Of a DNA stretch of 64,000 nt, positions 31,331 through 41,696 are shown piece after piece (within the stretch, counting starts at the first letter, position 1; each line of letters begins with the position of its first letter). Made by a program: the position numbers and the translations under genes. The DNA lies in the NCBI GenBank assembly GCA_963789955.1, contig CAWBMV010000022.1:96001-160000 (forward strand). The letters run 5' to 3'. A model generated the notes under the pieces. That model was not told where the DNA came from. It was given only the letters and a program-made list of their open reading frames with translations, and searched no databases. The DNA comes from an uncultured Candidatus Rokubacteria bacterium (GTDB taxonomy: Bacteria; Methylomirabilota; Methylomirabilia; Rokubacteriales; CSP1-6).

Positions 31331-32032
31331 ATGACTAGTATCTGTTGGAAGAGCGCAGTGACATGGAGCCTGCTCGGGCTGATGTTCCTGCTGTTCATCC
31401 TGATGGTCGGACCCCTTCCGGCGCTGGCTGGCCAGCCGGACGCGGTCCTCTACGAGGTCACCGAGGACATGTACCTCATGGATGGGGCGGGGAATCCAGT
31501 CAGCAGCGTCGCGCCGGGGGGCCGCCGGTCTGCGGTAGCCCAGCTTTCCGGTTGGGCGAAGGTCGGCACGCCGCTCTGCCCCTGGTTCGTGCTGTCGATC
31601 AACCCCAAGGCCAAGAAGTGCGCTGTGAACGCCACCGGCGCTGACAACCTCAGCCTGGACACGGGTAAGGGAACCCTCAGCGGGAAGTACGCAGTGGTCG
31701 TCCAGGGCGACAACAAGACGGACGCTCCGGAGTTCGTGATCATGACGGGGACGTTCGCTGGTGACGCTGACCTCTCATTGTCGCTGAGCGGTCAAGCGCC
31801 TCTCGGGTTCATCACCAACGGTATCGCGACGATCGACGGAAGCACGACGACGTTCAAGTTCACTGGGACGTTCCGGCTGCCCTTCGAGCTGGACGAGAGT
31901 GGTCGGCGATTCTGGCTCCGCAGGGTGTGGGACGACGCCTACTACTTGAGCGACAGCGGACACCCGCTGCGGGTCAAGGACAACGAGCGGTCGCTTGGCT
32001 TCCCGGCGGTGCGCCTCGAGATCGAGTTCTAG
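31331..32032 (+). CDS. Secreted hypothetical protein (paralog of 25311..26009)
   Basis: Signal peptide ending ALA; beta-rich, two Cys, C-terminal LEIEF. Confidence 0.82.
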   Translation: MTSICWKSAVTWSLLGLMFLLFILMVGPLPALAGQPDAVLYEVTEDMYLMDGAGNPVSSVAPGGRRSAVAQLSGWAKVGTPLCPWFVLSINPKAKKCAVNATGADNLSLDTGKGTLSGKYAVVVQGDNKTDAPEFVIMTGTFAGDADLSLSLSGQAPLGFITNGIATIDGSTTTFKFTGTFRLPFELDESGRRFWLRRVWDDAYYLSDSGHPLRVKDNERSLGFPAVRLEIEF

Positions 32033-32063
32033 TCTAGTTCCTGATCCCTCGTCGCCTCGCGCC

Positions 32064-32096
32064 CGGGCCCGAGCCGGAACTTCCGGCTCGGGCCCG
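32064..32096. terminator. Hairpin between convergent genes
   Basis: CGGGCCCGAGCCGGA-act-TCCGGCTCGGGCCCG. Confidence 0.7.
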
Positions 32097-32115
32097 CGGC
32101 GTCTCCGAGATCGGG

Positions 32116-35100
32116 TCAGTCGGCCTTGAAGTACTTCGCCGCCGGATGATGGAACACGAGACCCGACACCGAGGCCTCCGGATCCATCATGAAGCCCTCG
32201 GTCAAAGTCAGACCGAACGTCTCGGGCTCCAGGAGCCGGAACAAGGTGACCTGATCGGCGAGATTCGGACACGCTGGATACCCGAACGACACGCGGATGC
32301 CCTGGTAGCGAGCCTTCAGCTTCTCGCTGATCGGCAGCTCCGGCGGATCTGGAAATCCCCAGAGGGTCCGCATCCGGGAATGAAGCATCTCCGCGAAGCC
32401 CTCCGCGGACTCGATGGCCAGCGCCTGAAGCGCATGCGACCGCACGTACTCGCCGCGCTCCTTCCATGCTGAAGCGAGCTCTCTCACCCCCGCACCGCAG
32501 GTGACCGCGAACAGCGCCACATAGTCGTCCGCGTCGTCGCGCACGTAGTCGGCGAGGCAGAGACGCTCGCCATCGCGCTGGCGCGGGAAGTCGAACCGTG
32601 CGGTCTCGTTCCCGGACGAGTCGAACAGGATCACGGCGTCGCCGGCAGCCCGAGCACGATACCAGCGGTATACGCCCTGAGCCCCGAGCAGACGCTGATC
32701 GACGGCGTCGCGCTTCAACGCTTCCACGATCTCGTGAACTTCCTGCGCCTTGGGGTCCCCGGCCGCCAGCAGGCGCTCGATGAGCCCCCGCACGCCGAGG
32801 TGCTTGCCGTAGAGCATCTGGAGATTCAGGTACGGATAGATGTGCGTGAGGGGAACGTCACGGAGGACGTGCCGCTCGAGGTCGGGGGGCGCGGGCACGG
32901 TGGCGCGCTCGAGCCGCCGCGCCGGAGCCGATGACGGCGCCGCCGGCCTCGCCTCACTCGTGGTCGCTGCGCTCGCCACCATCGACGCCTGCTCGCGCCT
33001 GAGGCGCGTGACCAGGGCGTCCCGGGTCGGCGCGGAGAAGAGCTGGTTGGCCAGGTCGAGCCCGTCCATGGCGTCCTTGGCGTAGACCGTCAGCCCGCCG
33101 TACTCGGCCGCGATTCGGGTCGCGGCGAATCGCTTCGTGAGCGCCGCCCCGCCGACGAACAGCGGGATCTCGATGGCGGCCGCGCGCAGGTCCTGCGCCG
33201 TCACCACCATCTGCTGGGCCGATTTCACGAGCAGGCCGGACAATCCGAACGCGTCCGGCTTGTGGGTGTGGTACGCCGCGATCAGCTCCTCGGGCGGGAC
33301 CTTGATGCCGAGGTTGATCACGCGATAGCCGTTGTTCGAGAGGATGATCTCGACCAGGTTCTTGCCGATGTCGTGAACGTCTCCCTTGACCGTGGCCAGT
33401 ACGATCGTGCCGCGCGTCGCGGCCTCGGCCTTTTCCATGAAGGGCTCGAGATGCGCGACGGCGGCCTTCATCGCCTCCGCCGATTGAAGCACCTCGGCGA
33501 CGATCAGCTGGTTGTCGTTGAACAGACGCCCGACCTCGTCCATGCCCCGCATCAGCGGGCCGTTGACGATCTCGAGCGGCGCTGCCTCGCGCAGCTTCGC
33601 GTTCAGGTCGTCGATCAGGCCGTCGCGGCTGCCCTCGACGATGTAGCGCGCGAGGCGCTCGTCGAGCGAGAGGGTCTCCGCGGGCGGCGGCGCCTTGCGC
33701 CGTTCCCGGAAATACGCCGCGAAGGCCGCGACCGGATCGGCGCCCCGCACGTAGATCAGATCCTCGGCCAGCCGCCGCTCCTCCTCCGGAATCGACGGAT
33801 ACCGCTCGAGCCGCTCGGTGTTCACGATCGCGTAGTCGAGGCCCGCCTTGGTGCAGTGGTAGAGGAAGACCGAGTTGAGGACCTCGCGACCGGCCGGCGG
33901 CAGGCCGAACGAGACGTTCGAGATCCCGAGGATCGTCTTGCAGTCCGGAAAGCGCTGCTTGATGGCGCGAATGCCTTCGATCGTCTCGACCGCGGCGCCG
34001 ACGTAGTTCGCGTCGCCGGTGCCGACCGGGAACACGAGCGCGTCGAAGATCAGGTCACGGGCCGGGAGCCCGTACTTGCGGGTGAGCAGATCGTGGCAGC
34101 GCTCGGCGATCGCGAGCTTGCGGGCCCGGGTGACCGCCATGCCCTGGCGCTTGTCCTCGTCGATGCAGCCGACGACGACCGCGCCGCCGTACGTGTGGAG
34201 CAACGGCACGACCTTCTCGAACCGTTCTTCGCCGTCTTCGAGGTTGATCGAGTTCACGATCGACTTGCCCTGGCAATGTCGAAGCGCCGCCTCGATCACC
34301 GCGGCGTCCGTGGAGTCGATCATGAGCGGGACCTTCACCTTGCGGGTGACCTGCGTCATGAATCGGTCCATGTCGGCGGGCTCGTCCCGATCGGGATTGG
34401 CCAGGCACACGTCGAGGACCTGCGCGCCGTTCTTGACCTGCGCGCGGCCGATCTCGGCGGCTTCCTCGAACTGGTCGGCGACGACCAGCTCCTTGAATCG
34501 CCGCGAGCCGATCACGTTCGTGCGCTCGCCGACGAACAGCGGGCGATTGTCGTCGGCCGGATAGAACACTTCGATCCCGCTGACCGCCTGCGCCTCCCGC
34601 GCCGCCGGCACGCGCGGGGCGCGGCCGCTCGCCAGCGCCTTCAACGCGCGGATGTGGGCCGGCGTCGTGCCGCAGCAGCCACCGATGAAGTTCACCCAGC
34701 CCTCGTCGACGAATCGCGTCATCTTGTACGCGAGGCTCGCCGGCGTCTCGGCGTACTGCCCGCGCTCGTCCGGCAGGCCCGCGTTCGGATAGACGCTCAC
34801 GCATCGAGTCGACAGTGCCGCCAGCGAGCGCAGGTGATCGGTCATGAATTCAGGCCCGGTGGCGCAGTTGAGCCCGATCGAGAAGAGGTCGAGATGCTCG
34901 AGGGCCACGTAGAGCGCCTCGACGCCCTGCCCGGCGAGCATCGTTCCCATGGGCTCGATCGTGATGCTGATCATCAGTGGCAGCTCGACGCCCGCCTCGC
35001 GCATCGCCGCGCGAACGCCGATCGCCGCCGCCTTGACGTTCAGGGTGTCCTGGACCGTCTCGAGCAGCAGCGCGTCCACGCCGCCGGCGATGAGCGCCGC

Positions 35101-35517
35101 CGCCTGGAGCGCGTACGCCTCGCGGACCTGGTCGAAGGTCACGTTGCGCGTCACGCTGATGGACCGCGTCGACGGCCCCATCGCGCCGACGACGAAGCGC
35201 TCCCCGGCGACCTCCCGCGCGAGGCGGGCGGCGGCCAAGGTGATTTCGTGGGCGCGCTCGGCCAGAGCGTACTCGGCGAGCACGTAGGGCGCGCAGCCGA
35301 ACGTGTTGGTCGAGATGAGATCGGCGCCGGCCTCGAGGTAGGCTTCGTGGACTTTGCGGATGACGCCGGGCCGCGTCAGGTTCAGGTACTCGTTGCAGCC
35401 CTCGTACTCCGCGCCTCCGAAGTCGTCGGCCGTCAGGCTCGCGGCCTGGATCATGGTGCCCATCGCCCCGTCGAGGACGAGGATCCGCTCCTTCACCGCC
35501 GCGCGGAGTCGCGACAT
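32116..35517 (-). CDS. metH: Cobalamin-dependent methionine synthase
   Basis: LDGAMGTMIQ, GGCCGT, GERTNV.GS, KGDVHDIGKN, GYPACP, PEASVSG. Confidence 0.96.
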   Translation of the reverse strand: MSRLRAAVKERILVLDGAMGTMIQAASLTADDFGGAEYEGCNEYLNLTRPGVIRKVHEAYLEAGADLISTNTFGCAPYVLAEYALAERAHEITLAAARLAREVAGERFVVGAMGPSTRSISVTRNVTFDQVREAYALQAAALIAGGVDALLLETVQDTLNVKAAAIGVRAAMREAGVELPLMISITIEPMGTMLAGQGVEALYVALEHLDLFSIGLNCATGPEFMTDHLRSLAALSTRCVSVYPNAGLPDERGQYAETPASLAYKMTRFVDEGWVNFIGGCCGTTPAHIRALKALASGRAPRVPAAREAQAVSGIEVFYPADDNRPLFVGERTNVIGSRRFKELVVADQFEEAAEIGRAQVKNGAQVLDVCLANPDRDEPADMDRFMTQVTRKVKVPLMIDSTDAAVIEAALRHCQGKSIVNSINLEDGEERFEKVVPLLHTYGGAVVVGCIDEDKRQGMAVTRARKLAIAERCHDLLTRKYGLPARDLIFDALVFPVGTGDANYVGAAVETIEGIRAIKQRFPDCKTILGISNVSFGLPPAGREVLNSVFLYHCTKAGLDYAIVNTERLERYPSIPEEERRLAEDLIYVRGADPVAAFAAYFRERRKAPPPAETLSLDERLARYIVEGSRDGLIDDLNAKLREAAPLEIVNGPLMRGMDEVGRLFNDNQLIVAEVLQSAEAMKAAVAHLEPFMEKAEAATRGTIVLATVKGDVHDIGKNLVEIILSNNGYRVINLGIKVPPEELIAAYHTHKPDAFGLSGLLVKSAQQMVVTAQDLRAAAIEIPLFVGGAALTKRFAATRIAAEYGGLTVYAKDAMDGLDLANQLFSAPTRDALVTRLRREQASMVASAATTSEARPAAPSSAPARRLERATVPAPPDLERHVLRDVPLTHIYPYLNLQMLYGKHLGVRGLIERLLAAGDPKAQEVHEIVEALKRDAVDQRLLGAQGVYRWYRARAAGDAVILFDSSGNETARFDFPRQRDGERLCLADYVRDDADDYVALFAVTCGAGVRELASAWKERGEYVRSHALQALAIESAEGFAEMLHSRMRTLWGFPDPPELPISEKLKARYQGIRVSFGYPACPNLADQVTLFRLLEPETFGLTLTEGFMMDPEASVSGLVFHHPAAKYFKAD

Positions 35518-35535
35518 AGAGTTATAGTAGCGCAC

Positions 35536-36733
35536 ATGATCACTACGGCCCTCTCGCTCGACGGTGTCCGCGTCATCGACCTCTCGCGTGTCCTGGCGGG
35601 GCCCTTCTGCGGCATGCTCCTGGCCGACATGGGGGCCGACGTCATCAAGGTGGAAGACACCGGCTCGGGCGACGAGTCGCGCACCTGGCCGCCGCACAAG
35701 GGCGGCGAGTCGGCGGCGTATCTGGTCATCAATCGCAACAAGCGCGATCTGACGCTCGATCTCAAGGCCCCGGAGGGTGCCGACGTCCTCCGCAATCTGG
35801 TGAAGGGCGCGGACGTGCTCATCGAGAATTTCCGGACGGGCACGATGGAGAGCTTCGGCCTGGGCTACGACGCGCTGTCCGCGATCAACCCCGGGCTCGT
35901 CTACTGCTCGATCTCGGCCTTCGGGCGGACCGGACCCCGGAAGGACGGCGCCGGGTACGAAGCGCTCATGCAGGCCTTCAGCGGGATCATGTCGATCACG
36001 GGAGAGCCCAACGGCCCGCCGGTCCGGGCCGGCGTCTCGTTTCTCGACCTGACGACCGGCATCTTCTCCGCGCTCGGCATCTGTAACGCGCTTCTGTACC
36101 GGGCGAAGACCGGCCTCGGCCAGCGCGTCGACGGCTCGCTCCTGGAGACCGCCGTGACCCTGCTGAACTATCACGCCGAGGGGTTTCTTCTCACCGGCAA
36201 CATCCCGAAGGCGCTCGGCTCGTCCCACCCGTCGCTCGCGCCCTACCGCAACTTCCGCTGCCGCGACGGCCAGTGGGTGTTCATCGCCGGCGCCAACGAC
36301 CGCTTCTGGCAGCGGCTGGTCGCGGCGCTCGACCTCGCTGCGCTGCGCGACGAACGCTTCGCGACGAACCTCGGCCGCGTACGCCATCGCGAGGACCTCG
36401 AGAAGGCCGTCGCGCGACGCGATCGCCACGTACGATCGCGAGCCGCTGCTGAAGCTGCTCGAGGAGGGTGGGGTTCCGGCGACGCCGGTGAATACGGTCG
36501 AGCAGGTCATGAACGATCCGCAGACCGCGGCGCGTCAGATGATCGAGCGAGTTCTGCACCCCAAGCTCGGCGAGATCCCGGTCATCGGCACGCCGACCAA
36601 ATACTCTCGGATGCGTCCGGGTGTCCGCAGACCGGCCCCACTGCAGGGCGAGCACACCGACGAGGTGCTGGCCGAGTGTGGCTACTCCGCCGAGGCGATC
36701 GGCGAGCTCCGAGCGAAAAAAGTGGTCCGATAG
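35536..36733 (+). CDS. Class III CoA transferase, CaiB/BaiF family (apparent frameshift near 36415)
   Basis: L.G.RVIDL...LAGP, LAD.GADVIKVE, NRNKR, ENFR.G, AP..GEHTDEVL. Confidence 0.92.
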
Positions 36734-37366
36734 ACCATCGAGGCTGCCACGCGATACACAGGACTCGCGCTCCTCGTCCTGGCCGGCTGCCTCCTCGCGA
36801 CTCCCGCCGCGGCCGAGCTCTATCGCTGGACCGACTCGGACGGGACGGTGCACTACACCGGAGATCTCGCCTCGATCCCACCCGAGTTCCGCGACTCGGC
36901 CGAGCTCCTCAACGCGCCTCAGCCGCGCCCGATTCCGCCGCCGGTCACCAACGAGCCGGTGGGGCTCAAGGTGACCCCGGGCGCGCCGATCACCGTCGAG
37001 GCTCGTCTGAACGGCGTTTCGCTCACGCTCATCGTGGACACGGGCGCCGACCGCACGGTGATCTCGCCCGAGGCCATCGAGCGCGCGGGATTGGGCGGCC
37101 AGGAAGGCCGCACGATCCAGGTCATCGGAGTCACCGGCACGTCGACGGCGTCACTCGTCACCATCCCGCTGCTCGACGTCGCCGGTGCCCGGATCGGGCC
37201 GATCGTCGTGGTCGCCCACGCACTGCCGCCGTCGTTTCGCGGGCCGGAGGGGTCGGGCGGCGCCGCCGGATATTCGATCGACGGCCTCCTGGGCCGGGAC
37301 GTGCTCGACGTGTTCACGCTCAACGTGGATACGGCCTCCGGGCACGCCACGCTCACGCCGCGCTGA
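36734..37366 (+). CDS. Secreted retropepsin-like aspartic protease with DUF4124-like N-terminus; start unresolved
   Basis: Signal-like segment, ELYRWTDSDGTVHY, IVDTGA, GLLGRD. Confidence 0.78.
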   Translation, partial: TIEAATRYTGLALLVLAGCLLATPAAAELYRWTDSDGTVHYTGDLASIPPEFRDSAELLNAPQPRPIPPPVTNEPVGLKVTPGAPITVEARLNGVSLTLIVDTGADRTVISPEAIERAGLGGQEGRTIQVIGVTGTSTASLVTIPLLDVAGARIGPIVVVAHALPPSFRGPEGSGGAAGYSIDGLLGRDVLDVFTLNVDTASGHATLTPR

Positions 37367-37401
37367 CGGCCGGCTCGCACGCCCGGGAGTGCCCGTGCGG
37401 A

Positions 37402-38302
37402 TCAGCGCGGGTGCTTGACGCTCGGGCGCAGGCCACTCATTCGCGCGATCACGTCGAAGACGACCGCGAAGTCGTAGTCCGCCAGGTCGAGCCCGCGCGC
37501 GGCGGTCATGAGCTCGTCGGTGAGCGCGACACTCGGCAGCGGCACGCCGAGCGCCCGTCCCATCTCGAGCGCCAGGCCGAGGTCCTTCTGGATCATGTCG
37601 ACGTTGAACAGCGCCTCCGCCGGCATGCCGAGGACGAACGGACCGCGGTACTTGACCATCGGCGAGGCGATGACCGACTTCAGCAGCACCTCGACGGCGC
37701 GCTCGCGCAGGATCCCGGCCTTCTCGGCGAGCGCCACCGCCTCGCTGAACGCGAGCATCTGAACGGCGAGTCCGAGGTTCGTCGCGATCTTCATCGTGAC
37801 GGCGAGCCCGAGCTCGCCGACGTGGGTGATGGTCGGGCCGATGGCCAGCAACCACGGGCGGACCTTCTCGAGCGCCGCCGGATCGCCGCCGACCATGAAC
37901 GAGAGCTGTCCCGCGTCGACCGTCACGGCACTGCCGGACACGGGCGCGTCGATGAGGCTGGCGCCGCGCTCGGCGACCGCGCGCCCGAGCTCGCGCGTGA
38001 CGCTCGGGGCTCACCGTGCTCATCTCGGCCCAGACCGCGCCCGGCTTGAGCCCGGCGATCACACCGTCGGGGCCGAGGGCGACCGCGCGGAGCGCGGTGC
38101 TGTCCGTGACCATGCTGAAGACCGCGTCCGCCGCCTCGGCGACGGCACGCGGCGACTTCTCGAGCACGAGCCCCGCGGCGACCAGCGCGCGCGCCTTCTC
38201 CGGAGTCCGGTTGTAGCCGACGACCTGGTGTCCGGCCGTGAGCAGCCGCCTGGCCATGCGCCCGCCCATCGTGCCGAGCCCGACGAAGCCCAGCGGCGCC
38301 AT
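37402..38302 (-). CDS. NAD(P)-dependent beta-hydroxyacid dehydrogenase (apparent frameshift near 38005)
   Basis: GFVGLGTMG, DAPVSG, F.VGG, KDL.LAL. Confidence 0.88.
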
Positions 38303-38739
38303 CAGCCGGTGCCCTCGTCGACCACGGCGATCGCGCTGATCTCGAGCTTGCAGCGGGCGTGGGTGGCCAAGCGCGACACCTCGACCGTGGTGGTGGTCGG
38401 CAGGTGACCGCCGAGATACGCGGCCCACACGCGGTTCAGGTCGTCCTGCTCGGCGACGTCCGTCAGGAAGCGGGTGGCGGAGACCAGATCGGCGAACGTG
38501 CAGCCGGCGGCCTCGAGCGTCTTCTTGAGGTTCTCCATCGTGAGCACGGCCTGCTCGCGCATCGTCGCCGGAAGGTCGAACTCCTCGTCGCGATGCGGGT
38601 GGCTGTGATAGACGGCGGCCGCGGTGACCCCCGAGAGGAACACGAGCTTGCCGCGTCGCACGACGATTCCCGGCGCGTAGGGCATCACCACGTCGGTACG
38701 CCGATCGGCGTGGTGGACGATCGAGATTTCCTTCGTCAT
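38302..38739 (-). CDS. RidA/YjgF-family protein
   Basis: VFLSG, Q....ENL...LE.AG, P..T.VEVS.L, LEISAIA. Confidence 0.87.
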   Translation of the reverse strand: MTKEISIVHHADRRTDVVMPYAPGIVVRRGKLVFLSGVTAAAVYHSHPHRDEEFDLPATMREQAVLTMENLKKTLEAAGCTFADLVSATRFLTDVAEQDDLNRVWAAYLGGHLPTTTTVEVSRLATHARCKLEISAIAVVDEGTG

Positions 38740-38816
38740 CGAAATCCTCCGCGAATGCCCAGGCATCCTACCATGGTGCGCGACGGCTCCTCGGCGACCC
38801 GGAGTACACTCGGCGC

Positions 38817-39170
38817 GTGCCGGTGATCCTCGTCTCCGACGACGACGCCGCAAGCCGGGACGCCCTCGTCGAGACCCTGCGGCGGCTCTTCCCTCGGGCC
38901 CGCGTGCGGGCCGTGCGGGGTGACCTCGAGCCCGAGGTCGTCGGGCGCGAGAAGGCCGATCTCGTACTGGCGAGCCTCGCCGCGGCGGAGCGTCTCTGTC
39001 GGGCCGGAGCGCCCACAGGCGTGTCGGTGGTCGCGTTGACCCGCGAGATGAGCCCGGATACCCTCTTCAGGGCCGAGGCGCTGGGCATGGCCGGGGCGCT
39101 GCGCGTCCCCGTCGGCGCCGAGCAGCTGGCGATGGCGCTCGGCCCGGTGCTCGACCCTGCACGGCAGTAA
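38817..39170 (+). CDS. Degenerate receiver-like protein
   Basis: ILV.DDD...DLVL pattern, but lacking the phosphoacceptor Asp and KP. Confidence 0.5.
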   Translation: MPVILVSDDDAASRDALVETLRRLFPRARVRAVRGDLEPEVVGREKADLVLASLAAAERLCRAGAPTGVSVVALTREMSPDTLFRAEALGMAGALRVPVGAEQLAMALGPVLDPARQ

Positions 39171-39209
39171 ACCTTCGAGACGAGAGGGAACGATCGGTTC
39201 GATGAACGC

Positions 39210-40020
39210 ATGCTGACGGAGCTTGCCGGACGGGTCGCCGTCGTGACGGGCGGGGCCAGCGGGATCGGGCGCGCGATGGCCGAGCTCTTCGCGCGCGAGC
39301 GGGCGAAAGTGGTCCTCGCCGACATCGACGAGCGCGCCCTCGCCGCGGTCGTCCAGTCGATCAAGGCGCGGGGCGGCGAGACGCTCGGCGTCCCGACCGA
39401 CGTCACCGATCTCACGTCCGTGCAGGCGCTCGCCGAGAGCGCGTTCAAGACCTTCGGCAAGGTCAACGTGCTCTGCAACAACGCCGGCGTCGCCCTGTGG
39501 GGCGGTCTCGAGACCGCCACGCACCGCGACTGGCAGTGGGTGCTCGGCGTCAATCTCTGGGGCGTCATCCACGGCGTCGAGGCGTTCGTGCCGCGGATGA
39601 TCGCGTCGAAGGAGCCCGGACACATCGTCAACACGGCGTCGATGGCGGGCTTGATCGCGTCGCGCGGGCTCGGCGTCTACAACACCTCGAAGTACGCGGT
39701 CGTCGGCCTCTCCGAGACCCTGGCGAAAGACCTCCGCGCCTACGGCATCGGCGTCTCGGTCTTGTGCCCGATGGGCGTGGCGACCCAGATCCGCGAGAGC
39801 GCCCGCAATCGCCCCGCCGACCTCGAGAACGAGGCGCCGGGCGCGTCGGAGCCGGTCGAGCTGATCGGGCGCACGCTCGCGCCGGCGACGGTGGCCGAGA
39901 TGGTGCTCGCCGCGATCCGCGCGAACCGTCTCTACGTGATCACGCACGAGGAAGCTCTCGAGGCGCTCCGTCGCCGGCACGAGCGACTCGAGCAAGCCAT
40001 TCTCGAGACCGAAGGCCTGA
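39210..40020 (+). CDS. SDR oxidoreductase (3' end uncertain)
   Basis: TGGASGIG, NNAG, YNTSK; reads through into RNase D as given. Confidence 0.85.
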
Positions 40021-41175
40021 GCGGGACGCGCCCCATCGCCACGCTCGGGTCTCGCTGGGTCGAAACCGCCTCGGACCTCACCGAGGTTGCGCAGCGCCTC
40101 GCGGCGCCCGGCGAGATCGCCCTCGACACGGAGGGCGACAGCCTGCATCACTATCCCGAGCGCCTCTCGCCTCGTCCAGCTGGCCGTGACGTCCGGCGAT
40201 GCCTGGCTGGTCGACCCGATCGCGCTCGGCGACCTCGGACCGCTCGCCTCGGTGTTCACGACGCCGTCGATCGTCACCGTCCTGCACGCCGGCGACAACG
40301 ACCTGGTCCAGCTCAAGCGTCGGGGCTTCGCGTTCGCCGGGCTGTTCGACACGTCCATCGCCGCGCGCTTCCTCGGCGCCAAAGCCCTCGGGCTGGACGT
40401 CTTGCTCGGGACGTACCTCGGCGTCGAGCTCCCACCATCGCGCCAGCGCGACGACTGGTCGCGCCGCCCGCTGTCCGAGGCGCAGCGCCGCTACGCGGAG
40501 TCGGACGTGCTGCATCTGTTCGCGCTCAAGGCCCGGCTGACGGAGGAGCTCGAGCGGGTGGGGCGGCTCGCGTGGGTCCAGGAGGAATGCGCGGCGCTCG
40601 CAGCCCAGCCCGCGGTCGAGCGCGTCGCGGACCCGAACGCGTTCGCGCGGCTCAAGGGTGCGCGTGACCTGCCGCCGCAGAATCTCGCGATCCTGCGCGA
40701 GCTCTACGAGCTCCGCGAGCAGCTCGCCCGCACGATGGATCGCCCGCCGTTCAAGGTCCTCGCCGAAGAGACGCTGGTCCGGCTGGCTCAGACTCCTCCG
40801 GACGATCCGGCGGCGCTCGCGTTGATTCCGGGGTGCACGCCGAAAGTGATCGGACGCTGGGGTGAGGCGGTGCTGGCCGCGGTGGCCCGCGGTCGAGCGA
40901 TGCCGGAGGACGCGCTGCCGGTGCTCGAGCGCTCGCCGCGCCTGAGGATTCCCGGGGTTGCCGCCCGCCGCATCGAAGCGCTCCGGCAATGGCGGACGGA
41001 GGCGGCTCCGCGCTTCGGGCTCGAGCCGGGTCTGCTCCTGCCCAACCGGCTGATCACCACGGTCGCGCTCGCGGCGCCTCGCGACGCCGGCGCGCTCGCG
41101 ACGCTCGACGGTGTACGGCGCTGGCGCGCCGAGACCTTCGGCGGAGAGATCGTTGCCGCGCTCGCCGCGCCGTGA
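40017..41175 (+). CDS. rnd: Ribonuclease D (3'-5' exonuclease plus HRDC); apparent frameshift near 40170
   Basis: ALDTE.DSLHHY, LHA..ND, FDT..AA, DWS.RPL..Q..YA..DV, HRDC. Confidence 0.85.
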
Positions 41176-41189
41176 GAAGGTGAAGCTCC

Positions 41190-41696
41190 ATGACTGACTG
41201 GCGCGATCTGCTCGTCGACGACGATTCCGGTCTCAGCGCGATCTTCCGCGAGGCCAAGACCGTGGCCGTGCTCGGCGCCAAGGCCGACTCGGCGGAGCCC
41301 GCGTACTACGTGCCGGCCTATCTGCATGCGCGCGGCTACCGGATCCGGCCGGTCAACCCGAGGTTCGCGGGCCGTCCGCTCCACGACGCGGAGACCGTCG
41401 CGTCGCTTCGTGACCTGGCCGAGCCGGCCGACGTGATCGAGATCTTCCGGCGCCCCGAATATCTGTCGGGTCACGCGGACGAGATCCTGGCTTTGCCGTG
41501 GCGCCCCAAGGCGGTCTGGTTCCAGCTCGGGATCCGACACGACGGCGCCGCCGAGAAGCTCGCGCGGGCCGGCATCCGCGTGGTCCAGGATCGCTGCATG
41601 ATGCCCGAGCACCGGCGGCTCAAGTCCCAGGGATCTCTGGGCCGACTGAAGAGGAGGAAGCCGGACACATGGCCGGCGAATACGCGTTCGTCATGA
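41190..41696 (+). CDS. CoA-binding protein (YccU-like)
   Basis: AVLGA, V..YL...GY...PVNP, IFR, W.QLG, VVQDRC. Confidence 0.88.
   Translation: MTDWRDLLVDDDSGLSAIFREAKTVAVLGAKADSAEPAYYVPAYLHARGYRIRPVNPRFAGRPLHDAETVASLRDLAEPADVIEIFRRPEYLSGHADEILALPWRPKAVWFQLGIRHDGAAEKLARAGIRVVQDRCMMPEHRRLKSQGSLGRLKRRKPDTWPANTRSS

Noticed and set aside
33262..36510. Very long ORFs 33262..38049 (+) and the extension of metH to 36510
   Set aside because: Antisense shadows of metH and the CoA transferase in high-GC DNA; real starts are at 35517 (-) and 35536 (+)
36731..36733. TAG read-through (pyrrolysine) from the CoA transferase into the aspartic protease
   Set aside because: The TAG is at the normal CaiB C-terminus and the next frame begins with a signal peptide; a lost or non-canonical start is likelier
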